The notes under the pieces: model-generated
Told to the model about the DNA's origin: nothing
Seen by the model: the letters and a program-made list of their open reading frames with translations, nothing else
Databases searched by the model: none
Assembly (NCBI RefSeq): GCF_018350175.1
Contig: NC_058368.1
Coordinates: 169,138,001-169,202,000 of the forward strand
Length of the DNA: 64,000 nt
DNA from: Felis catus
Taxonomy: Eukaryota
Direction of reading: 5' to 3'
Shown: positions 54,063 to 64,000 of the stretch, one piece after another
Layout: every line of letters starts with the position of its first letter
Position numbering within the stretch: position 1 is the stretch's first letter
Made by a program: the position numbers and the translations under genes

Positions 54063-54069
54063 AACTTCT

Positions 54070-55080
54070 ATTTTTTTTAAATGAATTACTGGGCTTTATT
54101 ACTGTAGGGTATCAATGCAAGTAGTTGATGACCTCCACATCACATATCTATATATCTCTACCTCAATCTCTATATCTATCTATATCTAATTACAGTCCAG
54201 GATCTTTTAAACTTAAATATCAAAGTGTCTACTTACCATCTACACTGTATGTCTAAATAGCACTTAAAACTTTCAAAAAAAAGTTTTTACTTCCCATTCC
54301 TCTCCCACACCTTCTCATCTCAGTCAGTACAGTAATAACTACCTAAGGCTCAAACCAAAAAAACCTGCCATAACTGATTCCTCACTCTCCCTCATGTCAC
54401 ACCCAATCTACCTTATTACTGATCACTCAAAAATATGCTCAAACTTGTTTACTTTTTTTAATCCTCACTACCATCCCCCAGTCTAATACCCTAGGCCAAC
54501 CTTCCCCTCTTTCGTACTTCAATCTCCACAAAGCAACTAGAGTGATCTTATATAAATGTGTGGCAATTAACTCTTCACTTAAAATCTCCCTGCTCTATGA
54601 ATAAATTCCAGAGGCTATCTATCCTGCATAGTTTGGTATCTACGCACCTCATCTCATGTCACTCTTCCTTTCACTCATTCACTTCAGTCCCACTACCTTC
54701 ATACATGGCAAGCCTTTTCATTTTCAGTATCTCTGCTCTTACCTTTCCTTATGCCTAGAGAGCGCTTCCTCAACCACTAATTCTCATCTTTTAGAGCCCA
54801 GCTCAAAAGTCAGTTCCTGAGATAAGTAGCCCCTGGCCACTCTAATATAGGCCCTACCAGTTACCTTCTATGACACAAGAGTTTGCTTTCCTTTACCGTA
54901 ACCATCGCAGTTTATAATTTAGCATGTTTGTATTTTGTTTAATATCTGCGTCTCCCACCACATTGTGAGCTTCAGGAGGGAATCTTAGTTTGTCTTGTTC
55001 ATGGATATAATCATGGGATCCAGCACAACGCTTGGTACATATTAAATGCTCAATAAATATATGTTGAATGAATAATTATA
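54070..55080 (+). mobile_element. L2 LINE 3' portion (upstream part at ~50290-50740)
   Basis: Typical L2 3' end: ...aaatgctcaataaatatatgttgaatgaat at ~55045-55075. Confidence 0.65.
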
Positions 55081-55954
55081 TCACAAATTATATATGAAAA
55101 ATTTACTAATAGTAAACTAATAGTGATTCAAGAAGATCAAACATAAAATCACAAAAGAAAAATAAACACCATTTCAATCACTGTCAATATCAATTATGTT
55201 TGTAAACTTCTTTCTTTACAGATTTTCTAATGTATTTTATTTCTTACAGAATTAATTTCAAGCTGGAAACTTAAACCTTTGAGAACAAACTTTACCATTA
55301 GTCCAAGTTGAAAGAGTTAAGAAAACCCATTTACCAAAATAGATTCCATGAGAGACTAAAAATTAGAACCAACCAATTATCAGGAAAAAAAATTTAAATT
55401 AACAAAGACAAACTACCTCAGAAAACACAAAGCCAAGGTTTCACAATACCAACAACCTTTAAAAGAATAAGCTGTTTAAATTTTTAAACAACCTTTAAAG
55501 GAATACATAAGCCAAACATCAAAGGGTGAAAAAAAAGCACACATTGTTTTAGCAAAGCAAGTATTAAACTGTTTTTGAGACAAAAAATGAGACAATCTGC
55601 ACATATGCATCTCAACATAAAAATCCTATGTCAAATATTAGCAAGCAGAATCCAGCAGCTCAAACATTTCATGACTATATGATCATGTTTATGTCAAGAA
55701 GCAAGGGTAAGTGGCTATTAGGAAATCTAATAATAAAATAATTCCTCATGATCATTAGGTCAAAGGTGAAAAATCACGATGATCATTTCCACTGACACTA
55801 AAAAAACTTTAATAAAATTTAACAAACATTCTTGCTAGAAACCTATAAAATAGTAACGGGGGATATTTCCTTAGTGTGATTTAGAAGAAAACAAATTGTG
55901 TGTGTATAAAATCAACCTAAAAGCCAGAATCATTCTTACTTGGGAAGTATTAGA

Positions 55955-56163
55955 GCAAGGGTTGTGAACCCATGGGTTATTTCCAGCCTGCCATCTGTTT
56001 TTATAAATAAAATTCTACTGGAAGACAGCCACACTCATTCATTTATATACTGTCTATGACTACTTTCACACTACAACACTGGAGATGAGTAGCTGCAATA
56101 GACACTGGCATATGAACTGAAAACACCATCCAGCCCTTCACAGTGTAAGTTTGACAACCCCTG
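55955..56163 (+). mobile_element. MER58A-like MITE (hAT) inserted in an old L1 fragment
   Basis: Termini caagggttg / caacccctg and internal tgtttttataaataaaattctactggaagacagccacactcattcattt. Confidence 0.75.
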
Positions 56164-56506
56164 TAGTACAGCATTCTCATTAAAACCAAGAAAAGACAAA
56201 GGTGTTTACCATCAATCACTGATTTCAGAAATAACATCTGATGCGATTAGGCAAATATTAAAACTTCAACATTTGTAACTTTCTCTGTTTCTGTGAATAA
56301 ATCACTGATTTCCATCTTGAGGCTGCCCTTTCTCCATTGTTTGGCAACGGCAGCTCTAAACTCATACCTAACTCAACCAAAAGAATCTTTTAAATGCCCT
56401 AATTTTCTTTAAAGCAAAGTAGAAATGTATACTATATCTCAATAAAAGATAATTAAATTACTAAAATTTTCAATTTAATTGTTCTTTGTAAAACACCAAA
56501 AGCACT

Positions 56507-56680
56507 GGGGTGCATTGATCTCACGGTTCATGGGTTCAAGCCCCATGTCAGGCTCTGTGCTGACAGCTCAGAGCCTGCAGTCTGCCTCAGATTCTGTGTC
56601 TCCCTCTCTCTCTGCCCCTCCCCCGCTCACACTCTCTCTCTTTCTGAAAAATAAACACTAAAACAAACAAACAAACAAAA
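56507..56680 (+). mobile_element. Felid SINE with deleted head, ~150 bp from the exon 5 donor
   Basis: ggggtgc then gatctcacggttcatgggttcaagcccc...; tail aaataaac; flanking repeat aaaacaccaaaa. Confidence 0.85.
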
Positions 56681-56828
56681 CACCAAAAACATAATGAAAA
56701 AACTCAGGACTTGCTGGTCCTACATAGGGCTTGTATATGGGATCAACAGCATATCCAACATTTGGAAGTGACATATACCATTCTTGTACAATACATATAA
56801 ATAAACTTCACTGTTAAACAAAACATAC

Positions 56829-57014
56829 CCTTCCTGTAGAGATAATTCTTGGTTTTCTTCTTCAGGACCACTGCTATCACTCTGTAGTTCAGGTTCATTC
56901 TCATCTTTTCCTGGCAAAGTCTCCCAGCTTTCATCACTTGACGACTGATCTTTTTCAGTACCAGAAAATCGATGAGGCAAAGAAGCAGACCACTCTCCAT
57001 CACTGCATTCTGAA
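56829..57014 (-). CDS. PJA2: PJA2 coding exon (probable exon 5), 186 nt, phase 2-2; acidic Ser-rich region
   Basis: Acceptor tttgcAG|T and donor GAAGG|GTATGT. Translates (S)[61 protein letters not shown](G), which I recognise as praja2. Overlaps ORF 56720..56980. Confidence 0.97.
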
Positions 57015-58371
57015 CTGCAAATTCAGAACAGAAAGAAAATAAATTGTCATTATAATCGTCATTATATGTGCATTTACCATTTGAAGACATCGTGGTATCG
57101 AGTGGATGACTGATGCCACACGATTCATCAGGTGCTAATTCAATTTAAAAAATATTTTAAAAATAAATACAGAAATAAATACATTCAGCAGAATGTAACT
57201 TTTTCAAATGAATATAGCACATGGCAAGTTACAGAATTATCGATTTATGATTTTCTTCACTAAAGTAAGTAATTCCATGTTGCTTAGAGGTTCTTCATTC
57301 ATTAGACATATTTCTAAATAAAAATTTAAATATAATTTGGCAACCATAAATTAAATGCTCTGGAATAAATAATAATAGATTTATTACTTATCTGACCTGA
57401 CTAAAACAACTTTCTAATTACATATTGACAATGGAAATCCTATCCTCTATGAATTTCTATTACCATCTTTTAAAAGCTTAACTATTTTTTCCTTCCTTTT
57501 TTACACAAGATTTTAAAAGGAAATTCAAATTCATAAAAAGCAGCAGAGACAAATCTTTACTGAAGTCCTTTGGTAGGACTATGAACACAAAATAAATTTC
57601 AATTCAAGAGAACATTTAGATAAGGAACCAAAGGGATGATAACAGGGTTAATGAAGAACCTCAGAAAATGACTTGGTTGTATTTAACTTTGGTTAATTTG
57701 GTTTCATTTAATGACCCTTTAAGTACTAGTCATCTTGTACTACAAAGGTTAAAATATTATTAATGGTGAAAATAAATCTTAAATGCCCCTTCCAACCGTA
57801 TCAACCATTCTGGTCAAGAATCCCCTTAAAAACTTCCCTTTGTGCCTTGATTTTTGAGAAACAAAAAATTAATAAATTTTAGTTTCTGAAAGAAGTGATA
57901 ATTGGTAAGAAATTACCTTTTCTTTATGATGATATATTACTAATGGTTATATTATTGATATATTAACTAGTCTATAATGAGTTCCTCCTTCTCTGAACAG
58001 ATGAATCCAGGAGATCAAGATGCTATTAAGAAAAAGCGGCAGTAATGTAAGCTCTGAGGAGTTAGAAGTAAAAAAAAAAAAAAAAAAAAATCAACTTCCA
58101 ATTGTCAGTAAATGATGGGCAGCAGGTCACATTCTCGAGAAGGAATTTTACATAGTTCTGGCATAGCAAGTAAAAGATGTTCCTTCAGTTGGATAGAAGC
58201 CCAATTGCTTATATTTTGTAAAATTTTCTCTAACCCAAAAAACAATCTAAGATCAAATAAATCAGTTCTATACTTGCTCCAGTATAAAAATTTAACATAG
58301 AAAATAGTTTAAAAAGACTTTTTGAATGAAGTTTCCTGGCCTATGAAACCTCTCAATTTTATTTAAAAAAA

Positions 58372-58802
58372 TTTTTTTAATGTTTATTTTTGAGAGAGAC
58401 AGAGCACAAATGGGGGAGGGGCAGAGAGAAGAGGGAGACACAGAATCTCAAGCAGGCTCCTGGCTCTGTCAGCGCAGAGCCTGATGCGGGGCACGAACTC
58501 ACAAACCGTGAGATCATGACATGAGGCGAAGTTGGATGCTCAACCGAATGGCCATCCAGGCACCCCAAAACATCAGGGGTAAGCTCTTACTTTTTTGTTT
58601 TAACGTATATTTATTTTTGAGAGAGTGAGAAAGTGCAAGCCAGGTAGGGATAGACAGAGGGGGAGATAGAGGATCTGAAGCGGGCTCTGCACGGACAGCA
58701 CGGAGCCTGATGCAGGGCTCCAACTCATGAACTAAATAAACCTTGAGATCATGACCTGAGCTGAAGTCCGAGGCTTAACTGACTGAGCCACCCAGGCGCG
58801 CC
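58372..58802 (-). mobile_element. Two tandem reverse felid SINEs (58372-58566 and 58591-58802)
   Basis: Two reverse bodies, ending ...ccaggcacccc and ...ccaggcgcgcc. Confidence 0.9.
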
Positions 58803-59661
58803 TTAGACTATCATCTTTAAAGCTAAATTACCAGCTCCAATTTTGACATCTTTAACAATTCAGCTAAAATTTATTAATTTGTAGCAATTTTACTTAAACA
58901 AAAACCTCATATTTTAAACTTTTTATGATCCTGTCCAGAAAAACAACACCTAAAAAGTTTGTAATATTTTTTTTTTGCTTAATGAAATAACTGATGGAGT
59001 ATTTACAAATTTTAATATAAAAAGCATGCTTATGATCAATAGTCAATATATTTAAGAAGCCTATGTCACAGACTGGTGACATAGCCTTTCAGACAAATTT
59101 GGTTCTTCTACCTGTTTTTTTATGGTCAGTGAGTTACAATTTTTTTTTTTTTTTACAACTTTATCTTTAATTTTGCCTCTTAGCAAAATCTAAAATATTT
59201 ACTATCTGGTCTTTTAGGAAAAAAGTCTGCAGATCCCTGGCCTGTATTATTACTACTCATTATACATAACCTTCACCTCTAAGTAGCTAACTTTTAATAT
59301 AACCTCAGCCTTGACCACTTGGCTTTCATAATCACTAACTGTGCACCAAACATTTTTAGATTTTCACCCTTCTTTTCAAAAGTTATAAAGCAAAACTCAT
59401 CTGACAGGTAACTCCTTTCTTGAGTTTCTTTCTAAGGGTATTTCCCTACTCCCAAGCTGAAAATCACAGGTCTTTGACTCCTCACAAAACCCCATGTTTA
59501 AGTCCTTTTCATTTTCCATTCCTTCTGTAAAATGACTTTTTCTCCATTTCTCCTAAAAACCCTGGCTCAAGTATTTTCCTCTAAACCTACACCTAGACAG
59601 TCAATTATTAATTATTGTCCCTAAGTTTAATCTCACTCAATTCACTTAAAAGATGCATTCT

Positions 59662-59872
59662 GGGGAGCCTCGGTGGCTCAGTCGGTTAAGCGTCCAACTT
59701 CGGCTCTGGTCATGACCTCACAGTTTGTGAGTTCGAGCCCCAAATTGGGCTCTGTGCTGACAGCTGAGAGCCTGGTTCGGATTCTGTGTCTCCCTCTCTC
59801 TCTGCCCCTCCCCCTGCTTGCGCTTTGTCTCTTTCTCTCAAAAATAAATAAATGTTAAAAAAAAATTTTTAA
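59662..59872 (+). mobile_element. Felid SINE
   Basis: SINE body; TSD aaa(g/a)atg(c/t)attct. Confidence 0.9.
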
Positions 59873-60562
59873 AAATGTATTCTGAATTATCGCTATTGCT
59901 TCAATTTATATCAAATTATTCCAAATCCTTCACTTTTTTCCTAAACCAGTATTTCACAAAATTCAGCCATCTGCCTACTGCCCTCACAATTTTTGCTCCA
60001 GGTGTCCACTAATGCTGTGTCTTGAGGTTCAGTAGTTGAGGACACAGGTTCTGGATTCAGTCTGCCTGGTTGTGAATACACCACTTACTAAAGCTGTGAC
60101 GTTACTTAACCTTTCTGTGCCTTTATCACCTCACACACCAGGTGTATTTGATAGCAGTATCTAATAACTCCCTGAGTTCATATAAGAAGCAAATGAGTTA
60201 ATATACACAAAATGTTTTAACAGTGTCTGATAAATGATAACCCATCAATAACTGTTAGCAAATCATTTTTAATATTTTTTAAATTTAAATGCTATATTTC
60301 CTTTTCAGATCTACAAAGGTATTTAAGTGAACAATGTAGATAAAATGTTTAGCACAATTTTTGGAAAATGGTAAAGGTGACAGTTACTTTATTATATAAG
60401 CTGTGTGCTTAGACATTTCAATTAGATTTCCAACAGCACACCACCATTTTTCTTTCTTCTCTACCACAGAAAATCTACTCTAAATCCTTGGTTTGTCTTA
60501 CTGAATGGAAATATCAGCTTTCTGGTCACCCAATCAACTTTAGTTTTAGTGTCTCTTTATAC

Positions 60563-60755
60563 CAGGGGTCAGCAAACTATGCCCTGACCCATGAGCCAAC
60601 TCTGGCCACCTGTCTGTTTTTTAGTGGCCTGGAAGCTAAGAATGTTTTTATTTTGTTTTGTTTTGCTGCATTTTTAAGTGGTTATAGAAATACCTATATA
60701 ATACCCTTGATTTTGCCTTTCAGTCCACAAAGCCTAAAATATTTGCAGACCCCTG
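60563..60755 (+). mobile_element. MER58B-like MITE (a second partial copy at ~59070-59240)
   Basis: Terminal inverted repeats caggggtcagcaaact / atttgcagacccctg. Confidence 0.75.
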
Positions 60756-62782
60756 TGGTCCATCCAGCGAAGACACAGCAAAGAAAAACCAAACACAGGT
60801 AAATGGAAGAGATATCATGGAGCAGGAAAGGGTGAGCAAATTGCTCAGTAGTAGCACTAAAGTAAAACAAACAAACAAACAAAAAAACAAAAAATGGTAC
60901 CAAGAAAAGTCAATTGGATTTGAGAAACAGGAGGTCACTGTTCACATTATAGAATATACAAATACTACTAGGAGTTAAGATTTCAATGCATTTAAAAGTG
61001 CAGAGTGCAGAAATAGAGTGGGTATAGGACATTTATTCTGAGAATTCAACAATGGAAAAGAAAACAAACAGGCAATTGGTTAAAGGAAAAGCAAAATCAA
61101 GTAAAGGTTTCCCCTCAGGATTTAGAAAAATTACAGAATGTGGTAGAAGGAAGCAACTTTGGCATAAGAATAATAAATTCAGGGGTCAGATATGACTACA
61201 GACGCAGAATGAGAAAAGTCACCACCCTTCATTGAAGAACAAATTAAAAACAGAAATGGATACTAACATATCATAATATGGAGAAGAGGAAAACAAGAAA
61301 GTTCAGATTTAATTATTTTACTATCTCTAAGAAAGCAAGAAACAAAGTTATCTACTAAGGGTGACAGGAGTATATGGAACTGAAAGCAGAAAGAGAAAAG
61401 ATTTAAAAATAACTTTTCAAGGAGAATAAGCAACAGAATAAATAGCACAAAACAATCATGGAATAGTGAGAACCCTTGTCCTGGAATATAAATGCAAATT
61501 AGTTAAACATTTTTAAATTCTCAAGTACCACTTTGATTTTTATACAGTTTTTCAATAGGATTGTCTCCTATTAGCATTTAGAGCTGTATTCAAAAGCAGA
61601 CAACTATTAACTTACTCAAATGTTACATTTCACACATTCAACTGTGAACAAAAAACCCACCTCTTTTCACATATTGGATACAATTACATATGATTTCTAG
61701 ACAAAATAATGTATGTAGTATAAATCTTAAGTAGAAATAAGATATAGAAGTAAAAGCATCCAAAAGCAAGCTCTTATTCCTCAAATCCCCCAAGGAACTG
61801 GTTTGTTAGTCTTCCCTGGCATTTTCACATTGATAAAAAATCAACTATATAGAAGCTAAGAGAAAAGTGAATTTTAGATAATTTTGTTATCTGAGGATCA
61901 AAACCACCTTTTGAATTTTATTGAAAATACTCTGGATGGACATTATGTTAAGATACATCATATCTGCATTTTCAGACAGTATACTGAACATAATCTAAGC
62001 AGTCTGGGACATTTTACCCCTATTAACAGTGAACTGTTACAATACAGTGATACAAATGGTAGTTGTTCAAATCCATAAGGCTGCTTAATTTAGCAAAGTC
62101 CAGATGGTTCTTTCTGAATTGTGCCTGCCTTTTACAATTTTCCGGTCTTTTCCCTAAACATCAGAATATTGTAATCTATAACCCCTTAAAATGCCTGAGG
62201 AACAAAGCTATTTATGCCTAATATACTCCTAACTTTTATGAACTTGGAAACAAGATAAAAAGCTAAAATGTTAAAGCATATGCTTTCAGATCTTTGCTTT
62301 GGCTGCTCATAGTTGCTTTATTTGTTGGGAATACATGGATATCAAAGGAGCTCCTTCTTCATGGCTCTCAACTAACTTATATAGAAGAGGAAAGAAACTT
62401 AATTCAGTCTCATGATAATTATCTATATATTCTGTCTTCCTCATAAGGCTGGTGAACAGCCAGGGAACGGGGATCATTATTATTTGCATTTACAGAGTAC
62501 CTGGGACAAAGTCTGACATTTAGAAGGATTTCAATAAATCCTTTTTGAATATATCAAACTGAAATCAACTAATTGGCTAATATTCCTTTTATTTTCCCAA
62601 CATCATCAATAACAAAAAGTTGTCCTGACATTTTTATCTCAGGTAAGGTTTTTAACTTTTATTCAATGTCAAAAGCTCTGAAAGAAACCTCAAGTGGTAT
62701 AAGAAATAGCGGATGGCATGCCTCTTCCTTCAAACAGTTAGGTCCAAGGTTAAAATGTGCTGGCATGGTTAAAAGGTTCTTT

Positions 62783-63040
62783 TAAACTCAAGATCTTGTC
62801 CTCAAACAGTCATTAAAGTTCTCAGGGTATATTTCAAAAGAGCAGGATGTTAACCTTAGCTCTTTGGTCTAATTCCAAGTCTGGTAATTACATACTGCCT
62901 ATTAAAATTCCCCTCACAATTCTAATTTAATAAGGTGGTGTTCAGTTACTATTAAACAGCTCAGAGCAATTCTACCAGCTGCAATGTTTATTCCATAAAG
63001 TGTAATGTTTCAGGTATGATTAAGTGATCATTTAAAAGTT
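62783..63040 (+). mobile_element. MamSINE1/AmnSINE-related ancient SINE relic
   Basis: aagagcaggatgttaaccttagctctttggtctaattccaagtctggtaattacatactgcctattaaaattcccct matches the recalled MamSINE1 core. Confidence 0.65.
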
Positions 63041-63758
63041 TTCAGGAAGAAATGGATCATGCATTCATTCAAATACTTTTCACTTTTAAAGAAAGTATGA
63101 GCTATACATATTTTTGAACTGTATTTTTTAAAAGTGGCTAAAATTCCTATAACTAAAAACGTCACAGTGATTTTAGTTATGTTCTGGATAAGAGGGTTCT
63201 ATTTGCAGCTATTATAATACAAACATGGCAAGAAAAATTTTCAAGTAAAGCATCTTTAAGTTTTACAAAGCAGAGAAAACTCAGAAAGAATCTTACAGAC
63301 TCAAGGGAAAGGATGTTTATACTTTCCTTCTCAAGACACTTATTGTAGAATCACTATTTCCCCATTTTTGCAATCTGCTATTATCAGAACTCAGCCAAAG
63401 TATAGTAAAACATGTAGTAGATGAACAAGTGGCAAAATGAAACTAAGTTGGAATGTATGGTTATTAAACTTCAACCTTTATCTGAAACCATATTAAAAGG
63501 CATTCTGGCAATTGTGATCCTTTGCAGGGAGCTGAGAGTAGAGGAACTGCAAACAGTAGCATAGAAATAGAATTACTCCTCAAAATTGTCCAGACTACTG
63601 AAGTGAGGTCCTAAACATACCTCAAGGCTTGCAGATGCAAATGTAGAACCATTATCCTTGAGAAGTTATTCTTGTGATGGTAGTTTTCAAAAACCAAAAA
63701 CAAAACAAAAAACCCTAAGTATTTCTGGTATTTCAATGTGTCTTAAAGATTGCCCCCA

Positions 63759-64000
63759 GGGGTGCCTGGGTGCTTCAGTCAGTTAAGCATCCCACTTCAG
63801 CTCAGGTCATGATCTCAAGGTTCCTGGGCTCGAGCCCCACATCAGGCTCTGTGCCGACAGCTCAGTCTGGAGCTTGCTTCAGATCCTGTGTCTCTGACTC
63901 TCTCTTCCCATTGCCCGCTCATGCTCAGTTTCTCTCTCTCTCTCAAAAATAAATACACATTAAAAAAATTTTTTTACAAAGAGGTGCCTGGGTGGCTCAG
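63759..64000 (+). mobile_element. Felid SINE (63759-63975) plus the start of another at the window edge
   Basis: Full SINE followed by ggtgcctgggtggctcag. Confidence 0.88.

Noticed and set aside
57023..57131. Possible C/D box snoRNA (cTGATGA ... CTGA on the minus strand)
   Set aside because: The C box lacks the leading purine, the D box lies in the polypyrimidine tract 3' of the branch point, and there is no terminal stem or recognisable guide.
2187..63952. Recurrent 60-115 aa ORFs of the type AQSVKRPTSAQVMIS...
   Set aside because: Translations of SINE copies, not a gene family.
1..64000. A novel multi-gene system in the window
   Set aside because: All recognisable coding signal is explained by PJA2 and transposon relics; no second gene could be supported.

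Overview
Mammalian genomic DNA from a cat-family (Felidae) species, judged from abundant SINEC_Fc-type tRNA-derived SINEs and carnivore L1s. The only protein-coding gene I can support is the 3' part of PJA2 (praja2 RING-H2 E3 ubiquitin ligase) on the minus strand. Six coding exons (57014-56829, 45480-45295, 40058-39947, 26264-26150, 25767-25646, 23788-23663) have GT-AG boundaries and splice in frame to a TAA stop, followed by a probable ~2.3 kb 3' UTR. The 5' exons lie beyond base 64000; exon numbers 5-10 follow my recollection of human PJA2. The rest is intron or intergenic sequence dominated by transposons: nested L1s, about 20 SINEs, an internally deleted two-LTR ERVL-class provirus, hAT/MER58 DNA transposons, L2, CR1 and MamSINE1 relics, and a 35-nt truncated U2 snRNA retrocopy with a target-site duplication (TSD). 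I found no evidence of a new multi-gene system. The best leads are hypotheses. (i) The acidic PJA2 region carries a cluster of short linear motifs: LIR-like ESWETL, ARS2-type EEGEI and an FxGF. (ii) Two 186-nt symmetric exons are each bracketed by inverted felid SINEs, a circRNA-prone layout with stop-free circles. (iii) The 3' UTR has a perfect 26-bp inverted repeat that would bury an AAUAAA and an AU-rich element and loop out a Pumilio site. Repeat family names come from recalled consensus sequences, and repeat boundaries without a TSD are approximate.
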